From Saccharofermentanales bacterium (GTDB lineage: Bacteria; Bacillota; Clostridia; Saccharofermentanales; UBA5734), in contig JBBQKF010000001.1 in assembly GCA_038326615.1 (NCBI GenBank), positions 13,472 to 77,471 on the forward strand: a stretch of DNA of 64,000 nucleotides, written 5' to 3'. Made by a program: the position numbers and the translations under genes. The notes under the pieces are model-generated. The model searched no databases and had not been told where the DNA came from. It worked only from the letters and a program-made list of their open reading frames with translations. The number at the start of each line of letters is the position of its first letter. The first letter of the stretch is position 1. Positions 20,179 to 31,036 of the stretch are shown one piece after another.

Positions 20179-20271
20179 TTTACCTCCGTAAAAACTTTTG
20201 ATTATTATCAATTATAAGCTTTTAATTCTTCAATTTCTTTTAATAGTAATCTAATTTCCATTATCAATTAG

Positions 20272-20418
20272 CAGTTATCAGTTATCAGTTATCAGTTATC
20301 GGTTATCAGTTATCGGTTATCAGTTATCGGTTATCGGTTATCGGTTATCGGTTATCGGTTATCAGTTATCAGTTATCGGTTATCGGTTATCGGTTATCGG
20401 TTATCGGTTATCGGTTAT
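20272..20418. repeat. Heptanucleotide tandem repeat, 21 copies (8 CAGTTAT and 13 CGGTTAT), in the pbp-murE spacer
   Basis: Counted unit by unit: 147 bp is exactly 21 x 7. Confidence 0.97.
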
Positions 20419-20444
20419 TAACAAATTGCTATTCATCGATTGTG

Positions 20445-22817
20445 TTAGCTTTTTGGTTTTGGAGTTACTGCAATTGTTGGTGTTACCGCCTCAAAAACAT
20501 CATCGTTTTCCTGTTCTTGCGTTGAGAACACAACACTCATCATGCTTCTTTGTACAACTTTTGTTCCCGGAAGAATGCTCTGCGAAATTGCAGTACCTAA
20601 GCAATCTCCGTCAATTATAATATTAATTCCTGATTCTGTCATTGCTCTGATGCATTCATTTACATTTTTGCCTTTAATATCCGGAACAGTCGCAAGTGGC
20701 TGGGTCGCGCTTGCTGATGAATAAACTGCAATTGTTCCACCTTTATTTAATGGAAAATCCTTAACCGGGTTTTGAAAGAGAACTTTGGTCTCATCTCCCA
20801 TTACACCTGACGGATCATCAATATTAAGTCCCGCAGCCTGCAGCTTAACTCGGGCTTCCTTAAATGTCAGTCCCTGAAGATTGGGAACTGGATTCTTCTT
20901 TGTTAAAACCGAAACATCATTTGACGTGTAAACGCGAGGAATACTCATATATTCAAGAATCTTACTTGTCATTTTCGCAGAAGTTAATGCAGCAAGACTT
21001 GATCTTGCATTTTTTTCTTGAGGCGCAAACAATACAACCAATATAGTAATAACAGGTTGTTCGACTGGCGCCATTGAAAGAAAAGAAATATCATTTTTCT
21101 TATCAATTATTTCGTCACCAACCATTTTCCCACGTGTTGACGTACTGGTTTTACCTCCAACACTATATCCTTCGACGTATCCCTTACTACCAGTACCATA
21201 AAGAACAACTCCTTTGAGCAAAGTTCTTATTCTGGTTGCAGTTTCCTCAGAAACAACTCTTCTAACAGTCTCCGGTGATATTTCTTTAACTACATTGCCG
21301 TCCGAATCAGTTAAACTTCTTACAACCTGCGGACGCATAAGTGATCCACCGTTTGCAAAAACATTGTAAGATGTTATCATAGAAAGCGGAGTTACGGTTG
21401 ATTGTTCACCAAAGGCTAAACAAGACATATCAAGTTGGGTTGGTGCTGCATGAAAAAGCCCTTTGCCTTCACCTGGCAAATCAATTCCTGTAAGATCTGC
21501 AAATCCGAATCCGCGCACATAACTATAATATTTGAGAATGCCAAGACGATTTGCTAGTTGTACAAAAATCGGATTACATGAATTCCAGAATCCTCTTTCT
21601 GCTGTTTCAATACCATGTCCACCTTTCTGGCTACATCCAATAATACGGTCTGCAATCTTTATTGGGGCATCACTAAGCATTTCGCTTTCAAGATATTTAC
21701 CTTCTTCCATAGCCATAGCAGCTGTCAGAGCCTTGAAAGTTGAACCTGGCTCATATGTATCAGAAATTGCACGGTTACGCCATACGTTTTTTGAAAGATA
21801 TTTAATATTTTCGAGCTTTGTAGGGTCCCATGTTTTGATATCTTGGCCTGGTGGAGCAGCAGTTGGATTGCTTAAGTCAAATCCTGGCGAACTTGTCATT
21901 CCAAGAACGCTACCAGTATATGGATCCATAACAATTGCAACGCCACCCTCAGCAACATTATATATTTCAATACTGTTTTTAAGTTCATTTTCAATGATTT
22001 TTTGGATTTCAATATCTATTGTTGATATTACATTATATCCGTTTCTTGCTCTAAGACTTATAGGAACAGCAAATGGCAGCATCGCCTGACCGTAATTATC
22101 AGTCTGAGCATATGTGTATCCTGGTTCTCCTGTCATCTGACCATTATATTGATATTCAAGTCCTAGCTGCCCCATACCATCAGGACTATTAAACCCTATA
22201 ACATTAGCAGCAATCTTACCTTGAGGATAATATCTTTTGTCTATAGGGTCAATTGAAATACCACCTATTTCGTTATCTTTTCTAAATTTCTTGAGTTTAT
22301 CAGATTCTACTTTTTCTACTCTCTTCTTCAAAATTATCCATGTCTTATCCTTTTGTTTGATTTTGTTAAGTACTTCTGCGACATCAAGGCTTAGAGCTCC
22401 TGCAATGCCTTTAGCAATGTCTTCTTCAGATATTTTAGTATTATTTCTTGACTTCACATCAGAAGGGGTGATGCCTATGTTTTCGACAACAGTACTTAAA
22501 GCAAGTTCACGGCCATTTCTGTCATATATTGAACCTCTCATTGGCGTTTCGACTATTTTCTTATAATGGCTGGCAGTAGCTGCCAAAGCGTGTGAGTCAT
22601 ATTCAAGGACTTGTAAATTAAAAAGAACGTTCACAAGGTAAGCAGAAAAAAGAAGCAATATCGTTGTTGCAACCCATATTGCCTTACTTGATTTGCTCTT
22701 TTTAATTTTCTTTCTCTTTTTACTGTTAACTTTATCAGAAGTTCCACCAGAATACGAAAGACGCTGACTTTCTGTTCCAGTTCCGGATTTATTGTAATTA
22801 TGATTTTGCAATTCCAC
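20445..22817 (-). CDS. Class B penicillin-binding protein (FtsI/SpoVD/PBP2B-type) with two C-terminal PASTA domains
   Basis: 790 aa. N-terminal TM helix, transpeptidase motifs STFK and SCN plus a KTS variant of KTG, and two PASTA-like repeats (VPNLQGLTFKEARVKLQAAGL..., VPDIKGKNVNECIRAMTESGI...). Confidence 0.9.
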   Translation of the reverse strand: MELQNHNYNKSGTGTESQRLSYSGGTSDKVNSKKRKKIKKSKSSKAIWVATTILLLFSAYLVNVLFNLQVLEYDSHALAATASHYKKIVETPMRGSIYDRNGRELALSTVVENIGITPSDVKSRNNTKISEEDIAKGIAGALSLDVAEVLNKIKQKDKTWIILKKRVEKVESDKLKKFRKDNEIGGISIDPIDKRYYPQGKIAANVIGFNSPDGMGQLGLEYQYNGQMTGEPGYTYAQTDNYGQAMLPFAVPISLRARNGYNVISTIDIEIQKIIENELKNSIEIYNVAEGGVAIVMDPYTGSVLGMTSSPGFDLSNPTAAPPGQDIKTWDPTKLENIKYLSKNVWRNRAISDTYEPGSTFKALTAAMAMEEGKYLESEMLSDAPIKIADRIIGCSQKGGHGIETAERGFWNSCNPIFVQLANRLGILKYYSYVRGFGFADLTGIDLPGEGKGLFHAAPTQLDMSCLAFGEQSTVTPLSMITSYNVFANGGSLMRPQVVRSLTDSDGNVVKEISPETVRRVVSEETATRIRTLLKGVVLYGTGSKGYVEGYSVGGKTSTSTRGKMVGDEIIDKKNDISFLSMAPVEQPVITILVVLFAPQEKNARSSLAALTSAKMTSKILEYMSIPRVYTSNDVSVLTKKNPVPNLQGLTFKEARVKLQAAGLNIDDPSGVMGDETKVLFQNPVKDFPLNKGGTIAVYSSASATQPLATVPDIKGKNVNECIRAMTESGINIIIDGDCLGTAISQSILPGTKVVQRSMMSVVFSTQEQENDDVFEAVTPTIAVTPKPKS

Positions 22818-22861
22818 CTACCACCTTTACATTAACATTATAAAGAATAATGGAATAATCT

Positions 22862-23425
22862 TCAACGTATTGTTTTAAAAAACCCTTCAATATTATTAAA
22901 TGCATTCACTAGTTGTGTTGAGTCACCATTAATATTCTGATTTTCTTTATCAATTATTATGCGATCACTAACAGGGATCATTACATGTACTACCTGCTTT
23001 TGTGCTGGGTCTTGCATACTAAGACGTTTGATTGCGAGTGAACGAATTAGGTTTAAATCAGTTTTCTTAGACATTGTTTCCATTAATTGATTATTATCTT
23101 TCACAATATTTTTTATTTCTCTTTCTAACTTAACGTTTGCATAATTCATTTCAAGAATTTGAGAAGACCTATATAATATGCCGGCAAATGTTACAGCAAC
23201 AAATGCTACAACAATAATAACTGCAAATATTGCGCCGATTCTCTGTCTTGCCATTTGATGATGGAACCTTTCAGCAATCCGTGTTTCTTCGCTAACATGA
23301 TTAAAAGTAACTCGTTTAGGGTCAGCTTTATATCTTTTCCTATATTCGCGAGTTTGTACTTTTTTTCTATTATCTTTATATGAGAATTCTGGTAATTTGT
23401 AAGCAAGATTTCCTTGTGGTCCCAT
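22862..23425 (-). CDS. ftsL: FtsL-like cell division protein
   Basis: 187 aa. Basic cytoplasmic N-terminus, a single TM helix (IGAIFAVIIVVAFVAVTFAGIL) and a coiled-coil-like stretch. In the canonical position between rsmH and the PBP gene. Called mainly on context. Confidence 0.6.
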   Translation of the reverse strand: MGPQGNLAYKLPEFSYKDNRKKVQTREYRKRYKADPKRVTFNHVSEETRIAERFHHQMARQRIGAIFAVIIVVAFVAVTFAGILYRSSQILEMNYANVKLEREIKNIVKDNNQLMETMSKKTDLNLIRSLAIKRLSMQDPAQKQVVHVMIPVSDRIIIDKENQNINGDSTQLVNAFNNIEGFFKTIR

Positions 23426-23579
23426 TTATTTGTCCTCCTGTCTCTATGATTTTTTATTTGTTCACTTGTTTATGTCCTCTTACTAATTGGTCTTACACTA
23501 ATTTTGAAACTTTTCTTTATTATTCTCTAAATGCTTTTCTGCTTTTATCTTAATTAATTCTTCTTTAAATAATATAAAT

Positions 23580-24536
23580 TTACAATTTCTCCATTACTCT
23601 TAGCTTTGCACTTCTTGCCCGTGGATTTATCAAAAGCTCTTCATCGCCTGATATAATTGGTTTTCTCGTAATGATTTTTATTGAAGGCTTCTTGTTACAT
23701 GCACAAACCGGGAAATTTTTAGGGCAGGTACATGGATTTTCAAATTTTTTAAAAGCGTCTTTGACAATTCTGTCTTCAAGTGAGTGAAAAGAAATTGCTG
23801 CAAATCTTCCTTCCGGCTTTAAAATTTCGGGCATTACCTCTACTAGGGATGTGATTGAATCAAGTTCATGATTCACTTCAATTCTTATTGCCTGAAAAGT
23901 TCTTTTTGCCGGATGTTGTTGTTCCTTTTTTCCTTGCGCTGGCATTGCATTACGTATAATGTCAGATAGTTGTTTAGTTGTAGTTATTCTGTTTATAGCT
24001 CTTTCTTTTAAAATCCCAGCAACGATTCTTCTGCTATATCGCTCTTCACCATATTCGAAAAGGATTTTTTCAAGTTGCGCCGCAGAATATTTGTTAACAA
24101 CATCAGTTGCAGTTAGTGAAGATGAAAGATCCATTCTCATGTCAAGAGGACCGTCCTGCATATACCCAAATCCTCTAACATTTTCATCTAACTGATAAGA
24201 TGAAACACCAAAATCTGCAAGTACTCCATCAACCTTTTCGATTTCCTCTTGCAAAAGACTTTCACGAATCATTGAAAAATCGCTTTTAATAAATCTGTAC
24301 TCGGCCTTCGTTTCAAACGAAGATAATTTTCCTTTTGCGGCCAACAAAGCATGTTCATCCTTATCAAAACAAATTAGAAGTCCACCTTCTCCAAGTTTCT
24401 TCAAAATCCCAAGTGAATGTCCACCGCCACCGGTAGTACAGTCAACATATATTCCGTTTTCTTTAATGTTTAAAGCCACCATGCATTCGTCAAAGAGTAC
24501 TGGCATGTGGTTAAACTCAAATCCCTTTGATGTCAT
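23580..24536 (-). CDS. rsmH: 16S rRNA (cytosine1402-N4)-methyltransferase
   Basis: 318 aa. HMPVL, DCTTGGGGHS, DFGVSSYQLD and FHSLEDR motifs. Confidence 0.95.
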   Translation of the reverse strand: MTSKGFEFNHMPVLFDECMVALNIKENGIYVDCTTGGGGHSLGILKKLGEGGLLICFDKDEHALLAAKGKLSSFETKAEYRFIKSDFSMIRESLLQEEIEKVDGVLADFGVSSYQLDENVRGFGYMQDGPLDMRMDLSSSLTATDVVNKYSAAQLEKILFEYGEERYSRRIVAGILKERAINRITTTKQLSDIIRNAMPAQGKKEQQHPAKRTFQAIRIEVNHELDSITSLVEVMPEILKPEGRFAAISFHSLEDRIVKDAFKKFENPCTCPKNFPVCACNKKPSIKIITRKPIISGDEELLINPRARSAKLRVMEKL

Positions 24537-24951
24537 ATTTGCTCAGGTCCTCTGAGAGCTTAGAACCTGTTGCCTCTCTCTCTAAATCATATGCGGCCTT
24601 CGACCAAATCTCGAATTTGTCAAAAAGATAAATAATATAAACGTCACCGTTGCTTTTAACATTGATTTCGTTCCACAGTTCTTCTGAAACGCTTACTCTT
24701 CCTTGGCTATCCATATCACACAAAATTGCTTCACCAAGAATTTCTCTTCTAATTTTCCTAACAACTGGGTCAGTTCCTGAAAGTTGAGATAATTGTTCTC
24801 TGATAAATCCAAATTGATCTGGTGTGTATCCCGAAAGACATGCTGCATCAAGACTCTTTGTTATATAAACGCGCTTGCCAAGATCATCTCTGATTTTAGC
24901 AGGGATAAACATGCGTCCTTTTGAATCTATCGTGTGCAGATATCTTCCCAT
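24517..24951 (-). CDS. mraZ: Transcriptional regulator MraZ
   Basis: 144 aa. Two SpoVT/AbrB-like halves with DSKGRMFIPAKIR and DSQGRVSVSEEL (the DxxxR motif twice). Confidence 0.95.
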   Translation of the reverse strand: MGRYLHTIDSKGRMFIPAKIRDDLGKRVYITKSLDAACLSGYTPDQFGFIREQLSQLSGTDPVVRKIRREILGEAILCDMDSQGRVSVSEELWNEINVKSNGDVYIIYLFDKFEIWSKAAYDLEREATGSKLSEDLSKYDIKGI

Positions 24952-24995
24952 CAGTTCAACTCCCTTTTTACGTTTTTCGTGATTTTTGTAATTTT

Positions 24996-25044
24996 CCCAC
25001 CACTATGCACCACATCAATTTATTTTCACTCCACAATTCACCAC
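24996..25044 (-). promoter_or_regulatory. Putative MraZ operator: four phased GTGG boxes
   Basis: The minus strand reads aaGTGGTgaattGTGGAgtgaaaataaattgatGTGGTgcataGTGGTGGGaaaa. Box spacing is 10, 21 and 10 nt. The boxes lie 45-95 nt upstream of the mraZ ATG and just downstream of the predicted -10. Confidence 0.5.
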
Positions 25045-25053
25045 TTATTAAGT

Positions 25054-25082
25054 ATTTTAAACCTTTGAAATCTATAATGCAA
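25054..25082 (-). promoter_or_regulatory. Putative sigma-A promoter of the dcw operon
   Basis: The minus strand reads TTGCAT, 17 nt, TAAAAT (-35 at 25082-25077, -10 at 25059-25054). Confidence 0.4.
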
Positions 25083-25269
25083 TAGTTTAATGCGAATTAT
25101 TTCAGTCACTTTACGTTATTTTTACCGTAAAGGTCGGTTTTTTGGACAAATCTAAAAAACTGTAATAATTCTGTAACATTAGCAGCAAAATCAGACAGAT
25201 TTTCGGAATAAAAATATTTTATACGGAACAATTTGAGACGAGAAAATTATTTATAATAGATAAATAAGA

Positions 25270-25421
25270 CTATAGCGTTTACTCAGTAGGACTTTATTGT
25301 TTCTTACAAATACTATCAAGGAAAGTGGCTTCCATTAATTTTTAAACAGTTCGATTTGTAATTGCCTAATTTTAGTATGATTCAATAAAGTTTTTCAACC
25401 TTTACTGAGTTAACACGATAG
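25270..25421. repeat. 152-bp segment bounded by the same 19-nt inverted repeat as element A (element B)
   Basis: Left arm ctatagcgtttactcagta (25270-25288). Right arm tactgagttaacacgatag (25403-25421), which is the reverse complement of ctatcgtgttaactcagta. Confidence 0.5.
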
Positions 25422-25578
25422 CCATTTAGATAAATATTCGTGCTTAATAATTTTATAAAAAAGCATTTTAATCAAAATCATTTTGACGAAAATCATTTGG
25501 AATAATGATGTTTTGACAGGAATTATTTGAAGTAAAACATTTATGCAGAATGCACTTAAAACAAATAAAAAGATAATG

Positions 25579-25633
25579 AAAAATCCAGCCCCTAACACAT
25601 TATGCTTAACATGTTTCGAAGCTGGATTTTATT
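25579..25633 (-). terminator. Possible valS terminator hairpin
   Basis: aaaatccagc / gctggatttt arms lie 27 nt after the valS stop, followed on the minus strand by a T-run. The loop is about 31 nt, which is long for a canonical terminator. Confidence 0.35.
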
Positions 25634-25660
25634 GTAGGAGGGATAGGTGTAGCTAAAGTG

Positions 25661-28318
<2,658 letters not shown>

Positions 28319-28344
28319 ATTGCCTCCAAGATAAATTTATTTTT

Positions 28345-28614
28345 TTACTGTACTCGAAACATAATCAATAAAATTACAAAGCCAGGTATAGCAAACAAAA
28401 GGCCCTTAAGTTTAACATCTAGGATTGTTGTATCCCTCTTAAATTTCTTGATTTGTTCCTCATCAAGCATTGCGACTCTTTCAGGGTCAATCACCTTTTT
28501 TTCGTCAAGTTTCTTTTTGTCAACAATTTTGGCAGCCCCGTAAATGATGACGAGTCCTGCAATTGCTAAAATACCGCCTAAAACTTTCAAAATAATTTCT
28601 GCAATCATACTCAT
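28345..28614 (-). CDS. Small two-TM membrane protein of unknown function
   Basis: 89-aa ORF. Hydrophobic helices at both ends flank a charged core. It ends 27 nt before the valS start and has only a weak RBS (aagg). Confidence 0.5.
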   Translation of the reverse strand: MSMIAEIILKVLGGILAIAGLVIIYGAAKIVDKKKLDEKKVIDPERVAMLDEEQIKKFKRDTTILDVKLKGLLFAIPGFVILLIMFRVQ

Positions 28615-28913
28615 TTTGTTACCTTGATTTATCCAAAAATATTTTCGATGAATAAATCATTTTCCTTTCTCAAATTTTATTTGACTTTCTATTCATATTG
28701 CTTTTATTTAACTTTGCTAATTCTTACTCTGCTCTTTTTCGGTCATTATTCAATTTTCCATCTGCCTATAATAATGTTTGTATTTTTAACTGTTTCTGTG
28801 TTTATTTCAAATTCCATCTTTACTGATGCTCTTTTCGTTTGACTATAGCTTCTCATCATCAAGTGCTTTCTAGATTTAGTCCTGTTGTCATTGCAATGTC
28901 ATGGTGAACGCGC

Positions 28914-29203
28914 AAAAAAGCTTCCGCCCATAGACTGGACGAAAGCTTCAAAAAGAATCTCTTCCGTGGTACCACCAGTTTTTCTCCTGAATAATCACTG
29001 ACGATTCGCCCAATATTAAAAACGCAATCATCAAATTTATCAAAAGACACTCTAGCATCGTTTCGTGATGCAAATATACGTTTTCGCTCCCGGACGACAT
29101 TCCACTAACTCATATTCGAAGGGTCTTTCAGCCGATGAACCCTACTCTCTAACGGATGAGAAAATGTACTCTTCCCGTTCAACACGAAAATTTTCTTAAC
29201 TTG
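28914..29203 (-). promoter_or_regulatory. T-box riboswitch leader (probable Val specifier GUC) with terminator
   Basis: Minus strand features:
- AAGAGUA specifier-loop 5' half.
- AGAGAG stem I element.
- T-box core ACUGGUGGUACCACGG (plus strand ccgtggtaccacc, 28964-28976).
- A 12-bp terminator stem AAGCUUUCGUCC/GGGCGGAAGCUU followed by U6 (28914-28948).
- Candidate specifier GUC at 29098-29096, followed by a purine and the basal helix. Confidence 0.8.
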
Positions 29204-29209
29204 GTTAAT

Positions 29210-29238
29210 ATCATACAATGAAATCTAGCATTAGTCAA
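29210..29238 (-). promoter_or_regulatory. Putative sigma-A promoter of the T-box/valS unit
   Basis: The minus strand reads TTGACT, 17 nt, TATGAT, directly upstream of the leader. Confidence 0.5.
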
Positions 29239-29306
29239 GGTTAGCAAATTTACTTTTAAGAGCAATTTTACTTATATGAGCAACTCATATTAGAAGGTTA
29301 ACGCAA

Positions 29307-29615
29307 TCACTTATAAGAGCAGCAATAATCTGCAAATTTTGCTACAATAATTTTGAAACTCGAATTTTCAGGAACAATAAAGCTTTGACCTTCATTAAAA
29401 TTAGTATAAACGGATTCGCCTTTAATCATAATATCCATGTCCCCGCCTAAAACTTCCATCAATTCTTCAGTTGAAGTATTAAATTCGTACTCACCAGCTA
29501 ACATGAATCCTAAAGTTTTCTTGCTGCCATCTGCAAATTTTACTGTCCTGCTTGTAACTTTTCCATCAAAATACACATTTGCTTTCTTAACTACGCTCAC
29601 ATTATTAAATTCCAT
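29307..29615 (-). CDS. ppnP: Pyrimidine/purine nucleoside phosphorylase PpnP (DUF1255, cupin)
   Basis: 102 aa. [13 protein letters not shown]...[18 protein letters not shown]...F.VP..S.F follows E. coli PpnP/YaiE as I recall it. Confidence 0.8.
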   Translation of the reverse strand: MEFNNVSVVKKANVYFDGKVTSRTVKFADGSKKTLGFMLAGEYEFNTSTEELMEVLGGDMDIMIKGESVYTNFNEGQSFIVPENSSFKIIVAKFADYCCSYK

Positions 29616-29630
29616 ACGAGAATCCTCTTT

Positions 29631-30755
29631 CTATTTGGTTTTTTCGGCGATGGACTTTCTGTACTTTTCGCCTTCCCAGTTAGCAATAAAATCTTTACCA
29701 GCTTCGCTCATAGTACAAACCTTGCGTCCTGATTTTTCAATTGTCGAGGTTATGAAAATAACAGCAGTAAGGGTTTCTTCGATGGTCGATGCTTCGCCTC
29801 TGAGGCAATTATAAACTATGTCTCCGGTCTTGCGGTAAATTGTACATTTATTCTTTGCCCAATCCTGTCCATCTTGAGGTAATTCGGTATCAACTATTGT
29901 AATATTGCCGTTAAGGAAAACCATCTGGTCTGGATAAAGTGCATTTACACAGAAATAATCCATGTCATATATCGGATTTACAATCTGTTTTTTAAGCCAC
30001 GCAGTGTTTGAAATAAATAGGTTTTCTGCCTGTGATCCTTCTGTATTTTCAATTTCTTCAACAGATATAACAGGAAAGTCCTTTTCGGTGATTTTGAACT
30101 CAGAAGCAACAAGCTTGTTTACTTCCTCGTGAATTTTAAGGCATTCCTCAAGGTCGTCACTTGTCGCAATAAGTCCATGATTTTGCATGAAAATTGCTTT
30201 AGGCAACTTGCCTGTCTCACTTAATACACGTGCTTGTTCTGCTGCAATTGTAAAAGTTAAGTTTGCGCCTGGATTGATGTATGGAACATATCCGAAACTG
30301 TAATTTGCGTTCGCAAGAACTTTTGCGGCGATTTCACGGCCAGTTACGCAGCATGTTACAAAGTTTGCGTATACAGGATGAGTATGGAGAACATATTTTG
30401 ATAAAAGTGAATGAAATCCTGCCTCAACAGAAGGTCTCAATTCTGGTAAACCTTCGATTTTCTGAATTGAATTTTTTGCTACATCTGATCCTGCTTTTTC
30501 TACGTCCAAAAGAGTTGAAGGATCTGTGTTTTTGTAAAATTCCACTATCGACGCATAGGCAAGCACCGCATATGCATCATTTTCTTTGACCTGACTTAAA
30601 CGAAATCCTGATGCTTTGATAGCCATCAATTTATCATCGAATTTGCAGGATGTATTTCCACCGCCGCCTTGCACATAATCAATGCGTTTCCCAGGTTCTA
30701 CGGAAAGACGCACATAATTTTTAAGGGTTTCCTTGTTTTTTTCAAAAAAGCTCAT
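29631..30755 (-). CDS. Class II aldolase/adducin-domain protein (resembles the aldolase half of RhaEW/YuxG-type fusions)
   Basis: GGGGNTS, the HTHP zinc-ligand pair and the MQNHGLIATS block. It is about 150 aa longer at the C-terminus than a minimal class II aldolase. Start set at the ATG at 30755 (MSFFEKN), preceded by GAAAGGAAAG; the track start is at 30776. Confidence 0.75.
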   Translation of the reverse strand: MSFFEKNKETLKNYVRLSVEPGKRIDYVQGGGGNTSCKFDDKLMAIKASGFRLSQVKENDAYAVLAYASIVEFYKNTDPSTLLDVEKAGSDVAKNSIQKIEGLPELRPSVEAGFHSLLSKYVLHTHPVYANFVTCCVTGREIAAKVLANANYSFGYVPYINPGANLTFTIAAEQARVLSETGKLPKAIFMQNHGLIATSDDLEECLKIHEEVNKLVASEFKITEKDFPVISVEEIENTEGSQAENLFISNTAWLKKQIVNPIYDMDYFCVNALYPDQMVFLNGNITIVDTELPQDGQDWAKNKCTIYRKTGDIVYNCLRGEASTIEETLTAVIFITSTIEKSGRKVCTMSEAGKDFIANWEGEKYRKSIAEKTK

Positions 30756-31036
30756 TTTCACTTTCCTTTCATTCAATTAATTCTGATTTGCTAATCTATT
30801 ATTTTTTTTTATTATTACTATTATTATTCAACTCTTCCCATTTTTAAGTAACAGAAGTCAAATTTGCAAATATTTATTCGATTTACTAGTTAAAATACAA
30901 TTTCAATTTTTATAAAATGATTTGATTAGTATTTTTGAGATGGTAAGTTTTGGAAGCAATATTAACGCAGTACACAACCTTTAATACATAATTCTCGCTT
31001 TTCTAATTGGTTTTAACTTAATATATTATACAATTT

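Noticed and set aside
25410-25598. 62-aa minus-strand ORF in the valS-mraZ intergenic region
   Set aside because: AT-rich translation (F/I/L/K) with no RBS. It overlaps the putative valS terminator hairpin, and I recognise no conservation.
28624-28842. 72-aa hydrophobic plus-strand ORF in the spacer between the T-box and the small ORF
   Set aside because: It is on the opposite strand to every neighbouring gene and has no RBS. Its Phe/Leu/Ile-rich sequence is typical of translated T-rich DNA.
28859-29050. 63-aa minus-strand ORF upstream of valS
   Set aside because: It coincides with the T-box leader, running through the T-box core and the terminator. It is RNA structure, not coding sequence.
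29094-29100. Alternative T-box specifier register reading UGU (Cys) directly after the GAA of the specifier loop
   Set aside because: The GUC register places the codon immediately before a purine and the basal helix, as in characterised T-boxes, and it matches the downstream valS. UGU would be followed by C and would mismatch the regulated gene. This still needs a covariance-model alignment.
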